A stretch of DNA of 64,000 nucleotides from Eledone cirrhosa (taxonomy: Eukaryota), in assembly GCA_964016885.1 (NCBI GenBank), contig OZ024742.1, positions 90,582,001-90,646,000 on the forward strand, written 5' to 3'. Numbering within the stretch: the stretch's first letter is position 1; every line of letters begins with the position of its first letter. The translations under genes were made by a program, and so were the position numbers. The notes beneath the pieces are model-generated. The model saw only the letters and a program-made list of their open reading frames with translations, had not been told where the DNA came from and made no database searches. Positions 1 to 13,585 of this stretch are shown here, piece after piece.

Positions 1-624
1 TTTTTTCGTTTTCCTCAAGCTCAAGAGGGTCAACAAGGGGACCGGTTTTCTGGACATGCGAGCCATGAAGAGATCGGTGAATAGGGAGCTATGGGGAAAC
101 CTGGGAGAAACCTTACGGGAGTGTAAGGAGGTGTGGTGGAGAAGAATGGGGAAGTGTGTTAGACTCCCGGAGGATTATTTCAAAGTGGACAACATTTTTT
201 TGTAATTTTTTCTTCTTTTTTTTGCGTCCCCAGTTCTGTTTCTTTTCTGACACAATTCGTATCTAGATGTACACAAGTATAAATATAAACCTTATCAAAA
301 TAATACATCTGAAATCTAACAAATGAACACAAACAGATAGTAGTAAGTTAACCCAGATAAGATGTTTCTTATAAACCTCCACTGTTGCTGTTCAGTGTAG
401 CATGGGTAGTGACTGTATTTGTTTTATAATTCTGATGTGACAAATGTAATAGCATGTATTTATCATATATACATATCAATTGGTGTGGTAGATGTCATGA
501 TATTGCATTTTTACTGTACTGGTAACTTTCATTAGGTCATACAAACATATACGCAAATTATTCATGTACTTACACTGATACACTCGAGCTCACACAAACA
601 TACACACAGACACACACTCACACA

Positions 625-806
<182 letters not shown>

Positions 807-812
807 AATTTG

Positions 813-863
<51 letters not shown>

Positions 864-874
864 GTATGTATATC

Positions 875-1193
875 TGTTGGCTTGTTCTTCTTTTTGGTAA
901 ATATCATCTTGGTTAAGAGAGTGGGACTGGCTTTGTGCAGTGCCTTTGCTCACTATAAAAGCTTCACGGCACAGGCATTGCTTTATATCTGGAGATCTCT
1001 CTGCACTTGTCGTCACATGGTACCATGGGCCCAGCACTATGTGTCAATAATTGTCACAAGTGTAGTGTTTGTACCAGAGTTTTCAAGTCGCTGGCTGGAC
1101 TAAAAAGTCACACTCGTTCAGCGCATCGGTAGGGGTTCTACTACATGGATATAAAGTAGTGGCCGTACTCGAAAACGAGTTGGCAGCCACCAT
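875..1193 (+). mobile_element. Partial non-autonomous RTE-derived element, copy of 46090-46408
   Basis: Near-identical to 46090-46408. Ends with an RTE-like C2H2 remnant and the hairpin GTGGCCGTACTCGAAAACGAGTTGGCAGCCAC. Flanked by (TATG)n and (TA)n. Confidence 0.7.
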
Positions 1194-1499
1194 ATATATA
1201 TATATACAATTAGAATGTTATTTCTCGCCCTAGCACAGCTGATAGGTGTGCATACTTACATTTATATATATATATATATATATATATGATTCGTTACAAC
1301 CGTGGTATATACAGGTTATTCACCCCAACTCATTCAGTCTGTCATATAATTACAAATGGCTCCCCACAGCTGAGATTTTAGAAAATATAGGTAAGTTCTA
1401 AGGATAGGTAATCCCAAAATTATCTATAATTAGACAAAGACGTTCAGTAATGTAAGTGAAAAGGGATTGACTATATTAAACAAATCAGGCAACTTGTGT

Positions 1500-2060
1500 T
1501 TTACAGGGAGCCCAGGGGTTAAGTTAAAAAGTCGAAGAAAATAAATTCAAGTAATCCAGTCTAGACCATTTTTAGAACACATTTTGGTTCATGGAGACAG
1601 CGACTGAAGCATTCGAGGTTCGTATTTTAGAAGCGTTTTCCGGAAGCCAGTTGTGGGATTATATACCTCATCTTCGAGTTACACAACTTGCAAAATGTCC
1701 CATTGACGAAGGGAATGGATTTTTCCAGTATATTCCATATAATGGAAAACGCTGTGCCATTATTCTTGAGGTACTCCACATGGTTTGCAAGTGGAGTGGT
1801 ATGATTTTTGTCAAGATGTCTGAAGGTTGTTTCGTGGTTCAGGAAACGGCTTTTGAATCGTCTCTCAGGCATTCCTAGATAAATAACATTTATAACCGTT
1901 GGAGTCTTGCACTATTGATCCAGCTGGCATGCCTCTTCCTCATCAGCACCTGTAATGGAGACGGCTTTTGTATTTTTGGTGATATGGGATTTCATGTAAT
2001 TAGTGGAAAAGTAGCCCATTTTTACTGTATAGTGGTTGAATATTTACCTGTATTTGAAAG
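1500..2060 (-). mobile_element. Penelope-like element remnant (GIY-YIG endonuclease C-terminal region)
   Basis: Translation ...YLGMPERRFKSRFLNHETTF...LANHVEYLK...WNIL...CKLCNSKMRYI matches the Penelope-type YIG..TE..FK.R..NH / HIW.LK / C.LC..EK pattern. Confidence 0.75.
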
Positions 2061-2133
2061 CCCTTTAGCTATGCATTTTGGAAGCTGACGGTTAACGCCA
2101 TCTAGCGGATTCCACCAGAAAGAGAAGAATATA

Positions 2134-2175
2134 ACAGTCGACGCATTTCAGGTTTAGGGCCGTTATCAAGACAGT
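2134..2175 (-). ncRNA. Minimal type I hammerhead ribozyme, U3-A8 core variant
   Basis: Minus strand reads ACTGTC-TTGATAA-C GG CCCTAAA CC T-GAAAT GC GTC-GACTGT. Stem I is GTC/GAC and the cleavage triplet is GUC. Confidence 0.6.
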
Positions 2176-2452
2176 GCTTCCCCCACTCTGCTCTCTGCTG
2201 GAATGTAATACAAGCGAAAATATATAATATTTTACGACTATGTACATGGACTGATTAGCCTAATTTGCATATGGAGCTGTCAGGCCGGCTCGGCTTGAAA
2301 ATAGAATTGGTTTTAGCTCTGATATACTTGTATACATATAAGTATGTGAATAGATAAAGGGCTTTCAAATATTTATTCCCAAACACACCGTATATCATTA
2401 TATACACAAAATTCACATACTTCTATGTATACAGCTATGTCGGTGCGAAAAC

Positions 2453-2504
<52 letters not shown>

Positions 2505-2565
2505 CATACACATATATACACACAAATATATACACTCACTCACACGCACACACACACACACATAC

Positions 2566-2610
<45 letters not shown>

Positions 2611-2617
2611 AATACAA

Positions 2618-2656
<39 letters not shown>

Positions 2657-2681
2657 CATATATATATATACATATATATAT

Positions 2682-2730
<49 letters not shown>

Positions 2731-3549
2731 CATACATGTGATAGAAGGTACATGCCATTATATCAGTTCATGGCTAATGACGTATATAAGCAGAAGGTTC
2801 TGTGTATCATTTTCAAATGCATAGATATATAAATGTACATATATGTAAATGTGTGCTTGTTAGTGTATAAATGTACATATATGTAAATGTGTATGTTTTC
2901 AGATTTATTACCATTATCTTATCAATTAACGAAAACATAAGCTGTGGTCAGTAAGTGTATGTGTAAATTTTGATGTTGTCCTTTTTTATATAACATTGTT
3001 TACATTGCCTCATATATCTCCGGCTATAAATGGGTAAAGAATGAAATGCTGAATTTACATAAATTTATGATAAGCCTAAAACAAGGAATACTTTGTTGTA
3101 TGCGAAGGCATTTAATGCTTGGCAGGCACTAAATGTTTGTCAAACGTACTTGAATTTCTTCGAGGTAGACCTCTTCAAAGATATGATTTTATTATTTTAT
3201 TATTATTGTTATTATTTTTATTCTGGAGGAAGCAGCTATTTATGGCATTTATGTTATTAGTGAACACCTACAACTCAACAGTGAAGGAATAACATGTGCA
3301 GGACAGGAATTCCATAGACCTAAATTCCCTGTGAAGAAAAAGTGGGTTTGTTTATCACATATCCACAAAACTTATTTTATAATAAACCACAGAAAATTCC
3401 TTTTGTAGTATATCGACCTACAGGAAATAGTAGCTAAATCCACCAACGTCATATCCTACTGTTTTAGAAAACACGCTATATTTATAATTTTTAGATCCAT
3501 TGTACCGGAAACAAACTGATTATCTAGTATTGAAAAATATTATTATAGT

Positions 3550-3740
3550 AAGGGTGGTGGATTGGCAATATCGGTAGAGGGCCGGACGCCATGCTTTGAC
3601 GCATAGAGTTACGGCCCTTTACGATCTGAGTTCAAATCCCGCCGAGGTTAACTTTGCCTTTCATCCTTACGGGGTAGATAAAATAACGTACCAGTAATGC
3701 ACTGAGATAATTGCTGGCCTTGTGCCAAAAGTAGAAACAA
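3550..3740 (+). mobile_element. tRNA-derived SINE (dominant family in this window)
   Basis: A-box-like TGGCAATATCGG and B-box GAGTTCAAATCCC, then the shared core GAGGTTAACTTTGCCTTTCATCCTTACGGGGT. Many copies in the window. Confidence 0.85.
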
Positions 3741-5125
3741 TTATTATAGTAACAATACCTATAACATACGTGTGTGTGTGTGTGTGTGTGTGTGTGTATC
3801 CTATGTGTGTGTGTGTGTGTGCGTGCGTGTGTGAGTTGGTGTATACATGTGTGTAGAATTATTTGTCTTAAAAATTTTGTATTTACACTTTTTCCCCCAT
3901 AATAGTGTTCATATCTGTTTAGAGTGTACAATCCACACACATTCTCTCTCCTGATTAGAGGAAAGAATTATAATCATAATTTAAAGCACAGTACCTTATG
4001 TGTGTTAGGTTCCTGGTGGAGTAGTATGGATGCCATCATAGCTACATTTAAACCAAAATGAAACCATCGCTCTTCAGATCGGAACAGCCAATTTCTTCCT
4101 GAGAAATAATGTGTGAAAGAGATGCAGAGAGAGAAAGAAGTGATATAGAGAGAGAAGTGATAAATAATTAGGCACCGTTTGGAACTAGTACATAACCTAT
4201 TGACCTCGAAATGATGAAAAACAAATTGTCCTCAGAGGGATTTAAGCTCAGATGACCTGAATACCGTAAGCATTGTATCCGACGTTCTAACGACTCTGCC
4301 ACTTGTCCGTCTTTTAAATCAAAGATAGTTTCCTTGTCTTCTCTACTAAATACTTTTTAACTATTGTTTAATTAAAGGAAACGTGGATATGTGGCTATGT
4401 TGTCAATAATTATGCATATATATATATCCTTATTTTATTGGCGGAAGAAGCAATTTGGATATTTTATTGCAAATTCTATTTTATAACACCTATATGTTTT
4501 TACACTTAACTGAAGAAACATGCTTTATAATGTCAGTTTTGTGAGCTTGCATGCCATTAGTTCAGTCTTTTCTGTTATAAGTTTATTACGATCATGTTTT
4601 ATATTCACTGAATGTAACATTTGTGGATTAATGATCCAGGGATTCTGAAACTTTCTTTTTATCATACTTTGACTATTTATCATTTGGGAACAATTGAGAT
4701 GCATCAGAAAAAATACTCGTCAACAACGGAACTCCCAGTTAGTTAATGTTAAGCCATTATTTGATAACACTATTTCGTAAATATTACTTGAAAGCAATGA
4801 AAATCACTTTTGTCCATTGTGTCAAAGTTGTTTCTTCAACATTCGTTCAAAATCCCATAACAGTAGTTGAGCCGTTGGCTTCATTACATAACCCAGAATG
4901 ACTAATAGAACGAACCTCTCATAGCATAGAATGAGTCAGACGCCTTCATAACAGCTGGCTCCCTCGCTACTCAGCAGAGCCGCGTTGGAAGGTTCAAAGG
5001 TTTCTGCACTTGTGAAACTTTAAGTAATGGACAATCTGCTCGACAAACATTACTCTGTATGTTGAGCAATGTTAATGCTTGTCGAACTCTGTTTAGGGAC
5101 ATATACATTATACATTTGTTGCGAA

Positions 5126-5232
<107 letters not shown>

Positions 5233-5441
5233 TGTCAACATGAATGGACCTGTTATTTTTATCTAAAGACATTTTTTTCCAATTCCATCCCGCCCGTCTC
5301 CTCAATTTATTTTATTTCTCATTCTTTCTTCTGATGAAGGACTAGCGTCCTTAACCTAATATATACCTTCCATATACTGTACCGATTGTGTTGTTATTTC
5401 TGTTTACCTTTTACATACACACACACACAAACACACACACG

Positions 5442-5526
<85 letters not shown>

Positions 5527-5851
5527 TCACACACACACACAGATATAATATTTCAGCTATTAATTGATACTTGCTATCACCTTTCATTTTAATATTTTTT
5601 CTGACATCTAATGCATCGAAATGACCCTGTTGACGTTATGTCAATATGAAAGAATATGAATCCACTCCAATATAAGACATTTATCTGTTATGTATATAAT
5701 GTATTGCAATTAGATAAACATATAGATTTAGAGTGATAATAAATTCAGCAAAGCAAAAATATACGTAAGACTATATACCGAAATTAACATAGACATTGAG
5801 ACTTTGATATTATTACAATCGAAAGCCTTGTAATTCAATTAACTTAGAAAA

Positions 5852-5975
5852 TAATTGTTTCTACTATTGGCACAAGGCCAGAAATTAACCAGTACATTAC
5901 TGGTACTTTATTTTATCGACCCCGTAAGGATGAAAGGCAAAGTTAACCTCAGCGGAATTTGAACTCAGAATGGCA
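5852..5975 (-). mobile_element. Partial SINE, same family
   Basis: Contains GACCCCGTAAGGATGAAAGGCAAAGTTAACCTC and the reverse B-box ATTTGAACTC. Confidence 0.8.
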
Positions 5976-6768
5976 AGAAAATAATGGTTTCCAAATTATG
6001 CAAAACAACACAAATGTACGTAGAGTGAGCAGTTGATTAGATCGCTACCTGTACCTGACTGTGTTAGTTTATCAACTTTGTAAGGAGGAAAGTACATTTG
6101 ATACCGGTTGATTTAAACTCGGAATATATAATCTGTTAAATAACGAAATTTAATATGTTCGACACACTAGTCAGAGGAGGAAAGGCATAAGTCATGAACT
6201 TTTCCTCCGAGAGTGAGGGGCATGATTCATGATTCTTAGGATGATATCCTGACCGAAAACCTGGTCATAGTTCTTCGAGCTTTTGTTTTCGTTGATGTGG
6301 AGCAGAAGTATAATGAAAATCATTCCAGACGTGATCATCACTTAATTTTTGTGTGCAGGAAATCCAAGACCATATTAGCGAACGTGTCTCCTTATAAGAT
6401 AATAGAGTGTAAATTGAGTGAAATATGGCTGCTATTTCCAGCAGGATAAACAACAACGCAGTAGTGCCCTAACGCCTTGATCCTAATGCTTGAAACTGGT
6501 AGTGGTGTTGGACAAGATGACACTTTAAATGTACCATCTACAGTTAAGTTTAACATTTTAATATATGAAGTAATAAATAGACTGTTAAGAAATTTAACAG
6601 GTCTTTTTCAGATTCTAGACATAACAGAAAAATTTGGCCAAACGTATATGAATATACAGACAAGCATATAGACACTGAAATATACCTAAATATATCCGTA
6701 CATGCAGAAGTACATTACATATGTATGCATGCATGGACACATAGACATGCGCGCGCACATACATACAT

Positions 6769-6917
<149 letters not shown>

Positions 6918-7776
6918 CGCAAATTCTCAACCTCAGAAAGGATAACGGAAACGCTAACTCCAGTAAGATTTGAACATAGAAAGTAACTGAATAGAGCGAC
7001 AGAACCATTTAAAATGGCAATTATAAAAATTGTTTTAATTCCACAAATAATTGTGTAGAAGGGTGCTTATTTTAAAAACTGTCACTTATTTCAATGAATC
7101 CGAAAACTCTCTTTCGGATTTGAAATCAGAAATAATTTGTACAATTACATTACTATTCTCTGAATAATTTTCGTAATTATTCTTTTCTGTTAGCGGTGGT
7201 GAGGTTTATCCCTAGGTCTGCTCTAATTCAGACGACCTATGATCGAAAGCATACCAACCACGACTACCCTATCTCTTTCCTAAGTACAGGTAATCTAATA
7301 CCACATTAAACAATATATCCTTTTCTAAGATAGTTTTATGTCATCAGAGAGAGATTTCGCTGATATTTATAGCAGGTTGAGTAACCACACTGAGGCTCTT
7401 TCATTGCCTCGCCGAATCCTGCTTGAAGTTGATATATAAATAGTAGAATCCCTTGTGTGCTGAAGTAAAGACCTTGAGATATCCGGTTACACACTTCTAC
7501 GATCGGAGCTCTAATTTCAATTGACTTTGCATTTCTTCCTTCCAGATTCGATATAATAAGTAAAGTAAGTACCAGCCAAATACTATGATCGATTTATTCG
7601 ACTGTGCATTTCCCCCAAATCTGTGGCTTTGAACTGATGCTAATATTCATTATTAATACTATATATTAAGTGTAACTTTCATATCCTGTCTTCCATCACA
7701 GAATACATGTTACGGCTTGTTTTAATTTTGCAATATGATCAGATTTCAAAAAGAGCAAGAGCGAACACACACAATA

Positions 7777-7821
<45 letters not shown>

Positions 7822-8444
7822 TGTATGTATGGATAGATGTATATATGTGTGTGTGGTGTGAGTCATTAATTTGAAATATGATTGTATTTCAAAAGCACTC
7901 ACATATATATATATATAATGCATATAAAGGTGCAGACTTCACATTTCACTTAAGAAATCCAATAGATTCACATACATGCAGTTTAGGCACTAATATACCC
8001 ATAATCATACACTCATACACAGTAGAGCAAACATACACAAGCACGCACATATATACGTGCAGATAAACCTCGATGAGAGTTCATTAGTTAAGACTTGCTT
8101 TATCGAAAATTAGTAACCTTTACATTACGTGCTCGAGAAAGCTATCACAAAACAATAAGTAAAATTATGGCAAAATACCCTTATAATAAGAAAACCTCAT
8201 TATTGTTATTTATTTATGTGGCTCCTAAGTTGAACTAGTTTCCAACTACTCGGGGGAGAACTTCATAATCTCCTCTAATTTTGTTCAAATAAATTATAAT
8301 ACTTATGACCATTGAATTAATATTTTATAGTAAACTTCATAGCATGTCCCTCTAGAGAACATCGGACTATCGGTTGAGTCAAGAAAGAAATAATTGTGGG
8401 GACTGTGAAATGTGGAATTATTCTTTCAATTGTTAAAAGGTGAA

Positions 8445-8493
<49 letters not shown>

Positions 8494-8506
8494 GGTGGAA
8501 CACTGT

Positions 8507-8556
8507 CCATCACGAGCTGAGGATCCGCTAAGGTGAAACCATTGTTCTCGGTATGG
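8507..8556 (+). ncRNA. Minimal type I hammerhead ribozyme
   Basis: CCATCA-CGAG-CTGAGGA-T CC GCTAA GG T-GAAAC CATT GTT-CTCG-GTATGG. Stem I is CGAG/CTCG, extended by CCAT/ATGG. Triplet GUU. Confidence 0.75.
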
Positions 8557-8645
8557 TGAACTAACTGCTGTGTAACCACTTCTACCTAACTCCTCCCATG
8601 GACTGAGTGCTCTACCACTACGGATATTACCTTCCAGTGTTCTAC

Positions 8646-8697
<52 letters not shown>

Positions 8698-9037
8698 ATA
8701 CGGTATATTGCCAAATATACTATACATACATTCATGTATACATCGCTATTTCAGGGCACCAATCCTAATACCTCATTTTTGCTGGACCGGCAATCGCTCT
8801 GTATAATCAGCTCTTGATTATTACTGGAATTCTATAAGAATCCAGCTTCTATGATTTTCGGCAAAGGCGATGAGGATAACGAACAGTGTGAAACAGACTC
8901 TGTTAGCTTCTCTCCCTTCTTTTGCCGAAAAGAAGAAGTAAGTGACATAGTCACTACTTTAAAAATGATAGCGCAAGGTCTTCAAAATGTTTTTAATTAA
9001 ATATACGGTATATTGTCAAATATACTATACATACATT

Positions 9038-9097
<60 letters not shown>

Positions 9098-9219
9098 AGG
9101 GAGAGAATTGGGAGTGTGTAACACTCCACTTATCAAATAGGCAGTATATGGTTAGCTCAATGTCAGAGGACAGAGCCGTAATACAATTAACAACAAAGAG
9201 CGCTTAGAACATAGGTATA

Positions 9220-9279
9220 TCTTTAATTGCTAACAGTGTTTCGTCCACACTAGAAGTGGGACTCTTCAGAGCATAAAGA
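9220..9279 (-). ncRNA. Hammerhead ribozyme (left arm)
   Basis: Reverse-complement copy of 11341-11400 with one loop substitution. Confidence 0.85.
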
Positions 9280-11340
9280 GTAAATACATAGTATACAAGC
9301 ATTGACAAAGCCAAAACAGAAGAATATATGTGGGGATACCATAAGTTGGGAGGAGTTTAAAGAGTAAAGTAAAAGGAGTAAAATAAGAAAAGAAGTAAAA
9401 GTAAACATAAAAATAAGAATAAAAATAAAAATAAAAATAAAAATAAAAATAAAAATAAAAATAAAAATAAAAATAAAAATAAAAATAAAAATAAAAATAA
9501 AAATAAAAATAAAAATAAAAATAAGAAATGTTATCATTCACAGTTGGGCAGGGTTCCGTTAACATACAGCTACATACAAGTATATGCATAAGCATGAGCA
9601 CCCGCATACACCTACACACAAGCACCCGTATGCAACACATACAGTATACACTAATACAAATAACATATCATAGACGGATGGGCACAAGTTAAGAGATAGA
9701 GATAGATAAAAAAATAGATAAGAGCTGGATAAAAAATAGATAAAAAATAGATAAAAACATAGATAAAAAATAGATAAAAAAATAGATAAAAAATAGATAA
9801 AAAATAGATGAGAAATAGATAAAAAACAAATAAAAATTAGATAAAAGATAAAAAATAAAATAAAATAAAATAAAATAAAGTAAAGTAAAGTATACACCAG
9901 AAGATAAATAAAACAATACACCAAAAAAAATGGAGTAAAATATACACCATAAAGGAAGGTGTGGGTAAAGATAAGACTGGCAAATGCATAAGCTATCAAG
10001 CTATGTTCAACAAGTGATATACGTACAACATATAAAATACACAAAATTATATATACAAAAATATATATAAAAAATATATATAAAAGAGACGCATATATAA
10101 GGATATATATATACATATATATACACATATCAGTACAAGTAATGCATATTTATAAAGATGTAACTGGGGGTAAAAAGATGTAATAAGGGTAATCAAGATG
10201 GTAATTATTAGGGCATGTAATAATAATATTATTATAGAGATCCTAAGGTGACACTAGTGTTGACCCATGGTGATATATGGAATATATCAGGAGCACACGA
10301 ACGCCTTAGGTGTTGCAGTTAGCCGCAGTTCAGCAATAGAGTGTTCGAATGAGATTTTTTATTTTTTATGAACAGATGCTATGTCCGCACTAGATTGAGT
10401 GGACCATTACAATGCAATGGAAACATCCCAGGTTGGACAGTCCCAAAAGTTCACACTCCAAAGTTCAATCCACAGGTGTGCAATCATAGAGTTGAGCGGT
10501 TGGGCAATCCGAAAAAGTTCACACTCCAAAGTTCAATACACAGATGTGCATTCATAGAGTTGAGCACTCAGGCAAGAATTAATTGGTTAACAAGGTATAT
10601 CCATATCACAAGCAAAAGCATATGCTGGGAAGGTTGCAGGCAAATTCATATACAGCAGCACGAACATCAAGAGGCAAATAACCAGAGGCAAATAACTGAG
10701 GCGCATATTAGTGAGCAGAAGCAGGCAAGTGCAGGTGGTAAAACACAGTCAGGTGAAGCAGGTTATTATGCATACCATTTAATATAAGAAAACCCAACAA
10801 CAGTGCATAACAAATAGCTTCCAAAGCCGATAACCACAAAATCACAACAAGTCTACGCGGATATATTACACAAAATATCTTACCCAGCTAACAAAAGTCA
10901 AAAACCCATAACAGTTGCTCCCACTGGTCGCAGATAATGTAGTTTCACAGTAAATTAGCCAGAATAATCACGATTAATATTCAAAATACAACCTTATTAG
11001 GAGATGCGTATTCCCACGTGTAGTCACCAGATTCAAGTATAAGTGTGTAGGTGTATGCGGGTGCTCATGCTTATGCATATACTTGTATGTAGCTGTATGT
11101 TAACGGAACCCTGCCCAACTGTGAATGATAACATTTCTTATTTTTATTTTTATTTTTATTTTTATTTTTATTTTTATTTTTATTTTTATTTTTATTTTTA
11201 TTCTTATTTTTATGTTTACTTTTACTTCTTTTCTTATTTTACTCCTTTTACTTTACTCTTTAAACTCCTCCCAACTTATGGTATCCCCACATATATTCTT
11301 CTGTTTTGGCTTTGTCAATGCTTGTATACTATGTATTTAC

Positions 11341-11400
11341 TCTTTATGCTCTGAAGAGTCCCACTCCTAGTGTGGACGAAACACTGTTAGCAATTAAAGA
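11341..11400 (+). ncRNA. Hammerhead ribozyme (right arm)
   Basis: TCTTTA TGCT-CTGAAGA-GTCC CAC TCCTA GTG T GGAC-GAAACA C TGT T-AGCA AT TAAAGA. Canonical core, GUCC/GGAC stem II, 1-nt loop III, triplet GUU. Confidence 0.88.
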
Positions 11401-11573
11401 TATACCTATGTTCTAAGCGCTCTTTGTTGTTAATTGTATTACGGCTCTGTCCTCTGACATTGAGCTAACCATATACTGCCTATTTGATAAGTGGAGTGTT
11501 ACACACTCCCAATTCTCTCCCTTATATATATATATATATGTAAGTATGCTAGGGCGAGAAATAAAATTCTAAT

Positions 11574-11624
<51 letters not shown>

Positions 11625-11818
11625 TTCAAAGAAACAACAAACAGAGGTACAAAAATATATGATATGAAAAATATGCCCTTTATATGAAAAAGGGGAAAGA
11701 AAGTTCGATGTGTCTGACTGGCTTTAGCTCTTCTTCAGGAGTATATTGATCGTCTGCGGTAGTGGAACTGGGAATACCACAAATCAAGGAGTACTCAATA
11801 TATTGTATTATGTAAAGT

Positions 11819-11891
<73 letters not shown>

Positions 11892-12735
11892 CATGTTGTC
11901 TTAAAGTAAGCTGTTTCGACGTAAGTTTTTATGTCTATGAAAATACTCGAAATAGTTGGACATATATGCCCCGAGAGACGGACAAAATAGACAGTATCAC
12001 CTATTAGAATCGAACTTACAGCAAATGTATATTGAAATAGAGAAAGGAGAGGAGATAGATAGATATAAATATACATATATACATAATAAAAAGGGTGATC
12101 GTTTCTTCACTCGCTTTAGTAATTTGAAGGCGACCATATCATTCCTAACAGATTGTGTGAATGAGTAGAGGTTTCCGTCATTGTCTAGTTAGTTGCTCTT
12201 TTGTTTATGTTATTATGCCGATTTGAAACGGTTATTGATTGATCTTCTTGTATATATCGTTAATACAAAAATTTTGTATATGAAAAATAAACAAGCAGCC
12301 AAAAACATTTTCCAATATCATTTTTTAATACTGTTTTTATTTCTTTTATTTGGCATTATATTTTTAAGAGACCCTTTTGTTTCGCTTTCAATTAACGAAA
12401 AACAAAAACAGAAAACTTTTTAAAATGGCATTCATAGAATTTTTGTTTTTAGTCGTGTTTCTGGTGATTGTAGGGTTTGCTGTGTTTATTGTTTTATGTT
12501 ATATTTACTTTGTATTTGGCTGTGTGTAAATGTGTATCCGTGAGTGTCTTCTTTAGATTTATATGCCTGTTGCCTTCGGTTGCAAAGACAATGTGTTGCT
12601 CTCGTTGCGGTCTTCACAAACCTTGTCGGTTCTTTATATTCTAATAATTTAATGAAAATGTCGGAGAAATCCTGTAAATTCACGATGCTTCTGGGTATTA
12701 AACATCATCAATAACAAAAACAAATACAATAACAA

Positions 12736-12810
<75 letters not shown>

Positions 12811-12818
12811 CCCTTAAG

Positions 12819-12879
<61 letters not shown>

Positions 12880-13189
12880 TAAAATTTTTAATAAAAAAAA
12901 TTGGAACTGAATAGTTTTTGTATTAATTATTTATTTAGAACGTTATGTGTGTTTTCATTTGCAATCGGAGAATACGGAGAGACATGTTCCCAAAGTAAAG
13001 TTCTCTGGCTTCTTAAAAGAAGCAAAATTTACAATTTGTATAGAAGTAACAAACAAAATGGACACATTTTCTCCCACTCACTAAATCTCTCTCACGCACA
13101 CACTCTCCTTCTCAATCTCTCTTTTAATTCATAATATAAAATTCAAAGACGACACACAAGGACAGACGCTAACACATATAAAACAGCAA

Positions 13190-13253
<64 letters not shown>

Positions 13254-13256
13254 TTA

Positions 13257-13316
<60 letters not shown>

Positions 13317-13319
13317 TTA

Positions 13320-13405
<86 letters not shown>

Positions 13406-13408
13406 TTA

Positions 13409-13458
<50 letters not shown>

Positions 13459-13497
13459 CATATACACATATATAATACATATACACATACATATGTA

Positions 13498-13571
<74 letters not shown>

Positions 13572-13585
13572 GAGTGAGAGAGTAC

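Larger units (their letters stand above)
9092..11529. mobile_element. Non-coding fold-back element with ~490-530 bp inverted arms, each carrying a hammerhead (Penelope-like pLTR architecture)
   Basis: 9092-9619 is the reverse complement of 11043-11529 apart from the (TAAAAA)n length and rare substitutions. Flanked by (TA)n. Confidence 0.8.

Noticed and set aside
3550-3650. tRNA-like A and B boxes
   Set aside because: These are SINE heads. No cloverleaf could be built, so they are not called as tRNA genes.
5331-5356. CTGATGA-AGGAC TAGC GTCCT, and the similar CTGATGAAGGACC at 62583
   Set aside because: The 5' core is present (with stem II at 5331), but there is no GAAA or stem III. At most a decayed hammerhead.
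7086-7135. Hairpin ATCCGAAA/TTTCGGAT followed by GAAAT
   Set aside because: The core TCAATGA and stem III are too degenerate to call.
10445-10565. Two ~53-bp direct repeats with a short spacer, superficially CRISPR-like
   Set aside because: Only two units, a eukaryotic context and no cas genes. It is a simple tandem duplication.
11700-11745. Minus-strand CTGAAGAAGAGCTAAAGCC
   Set aside because: The GAAA half is missing.
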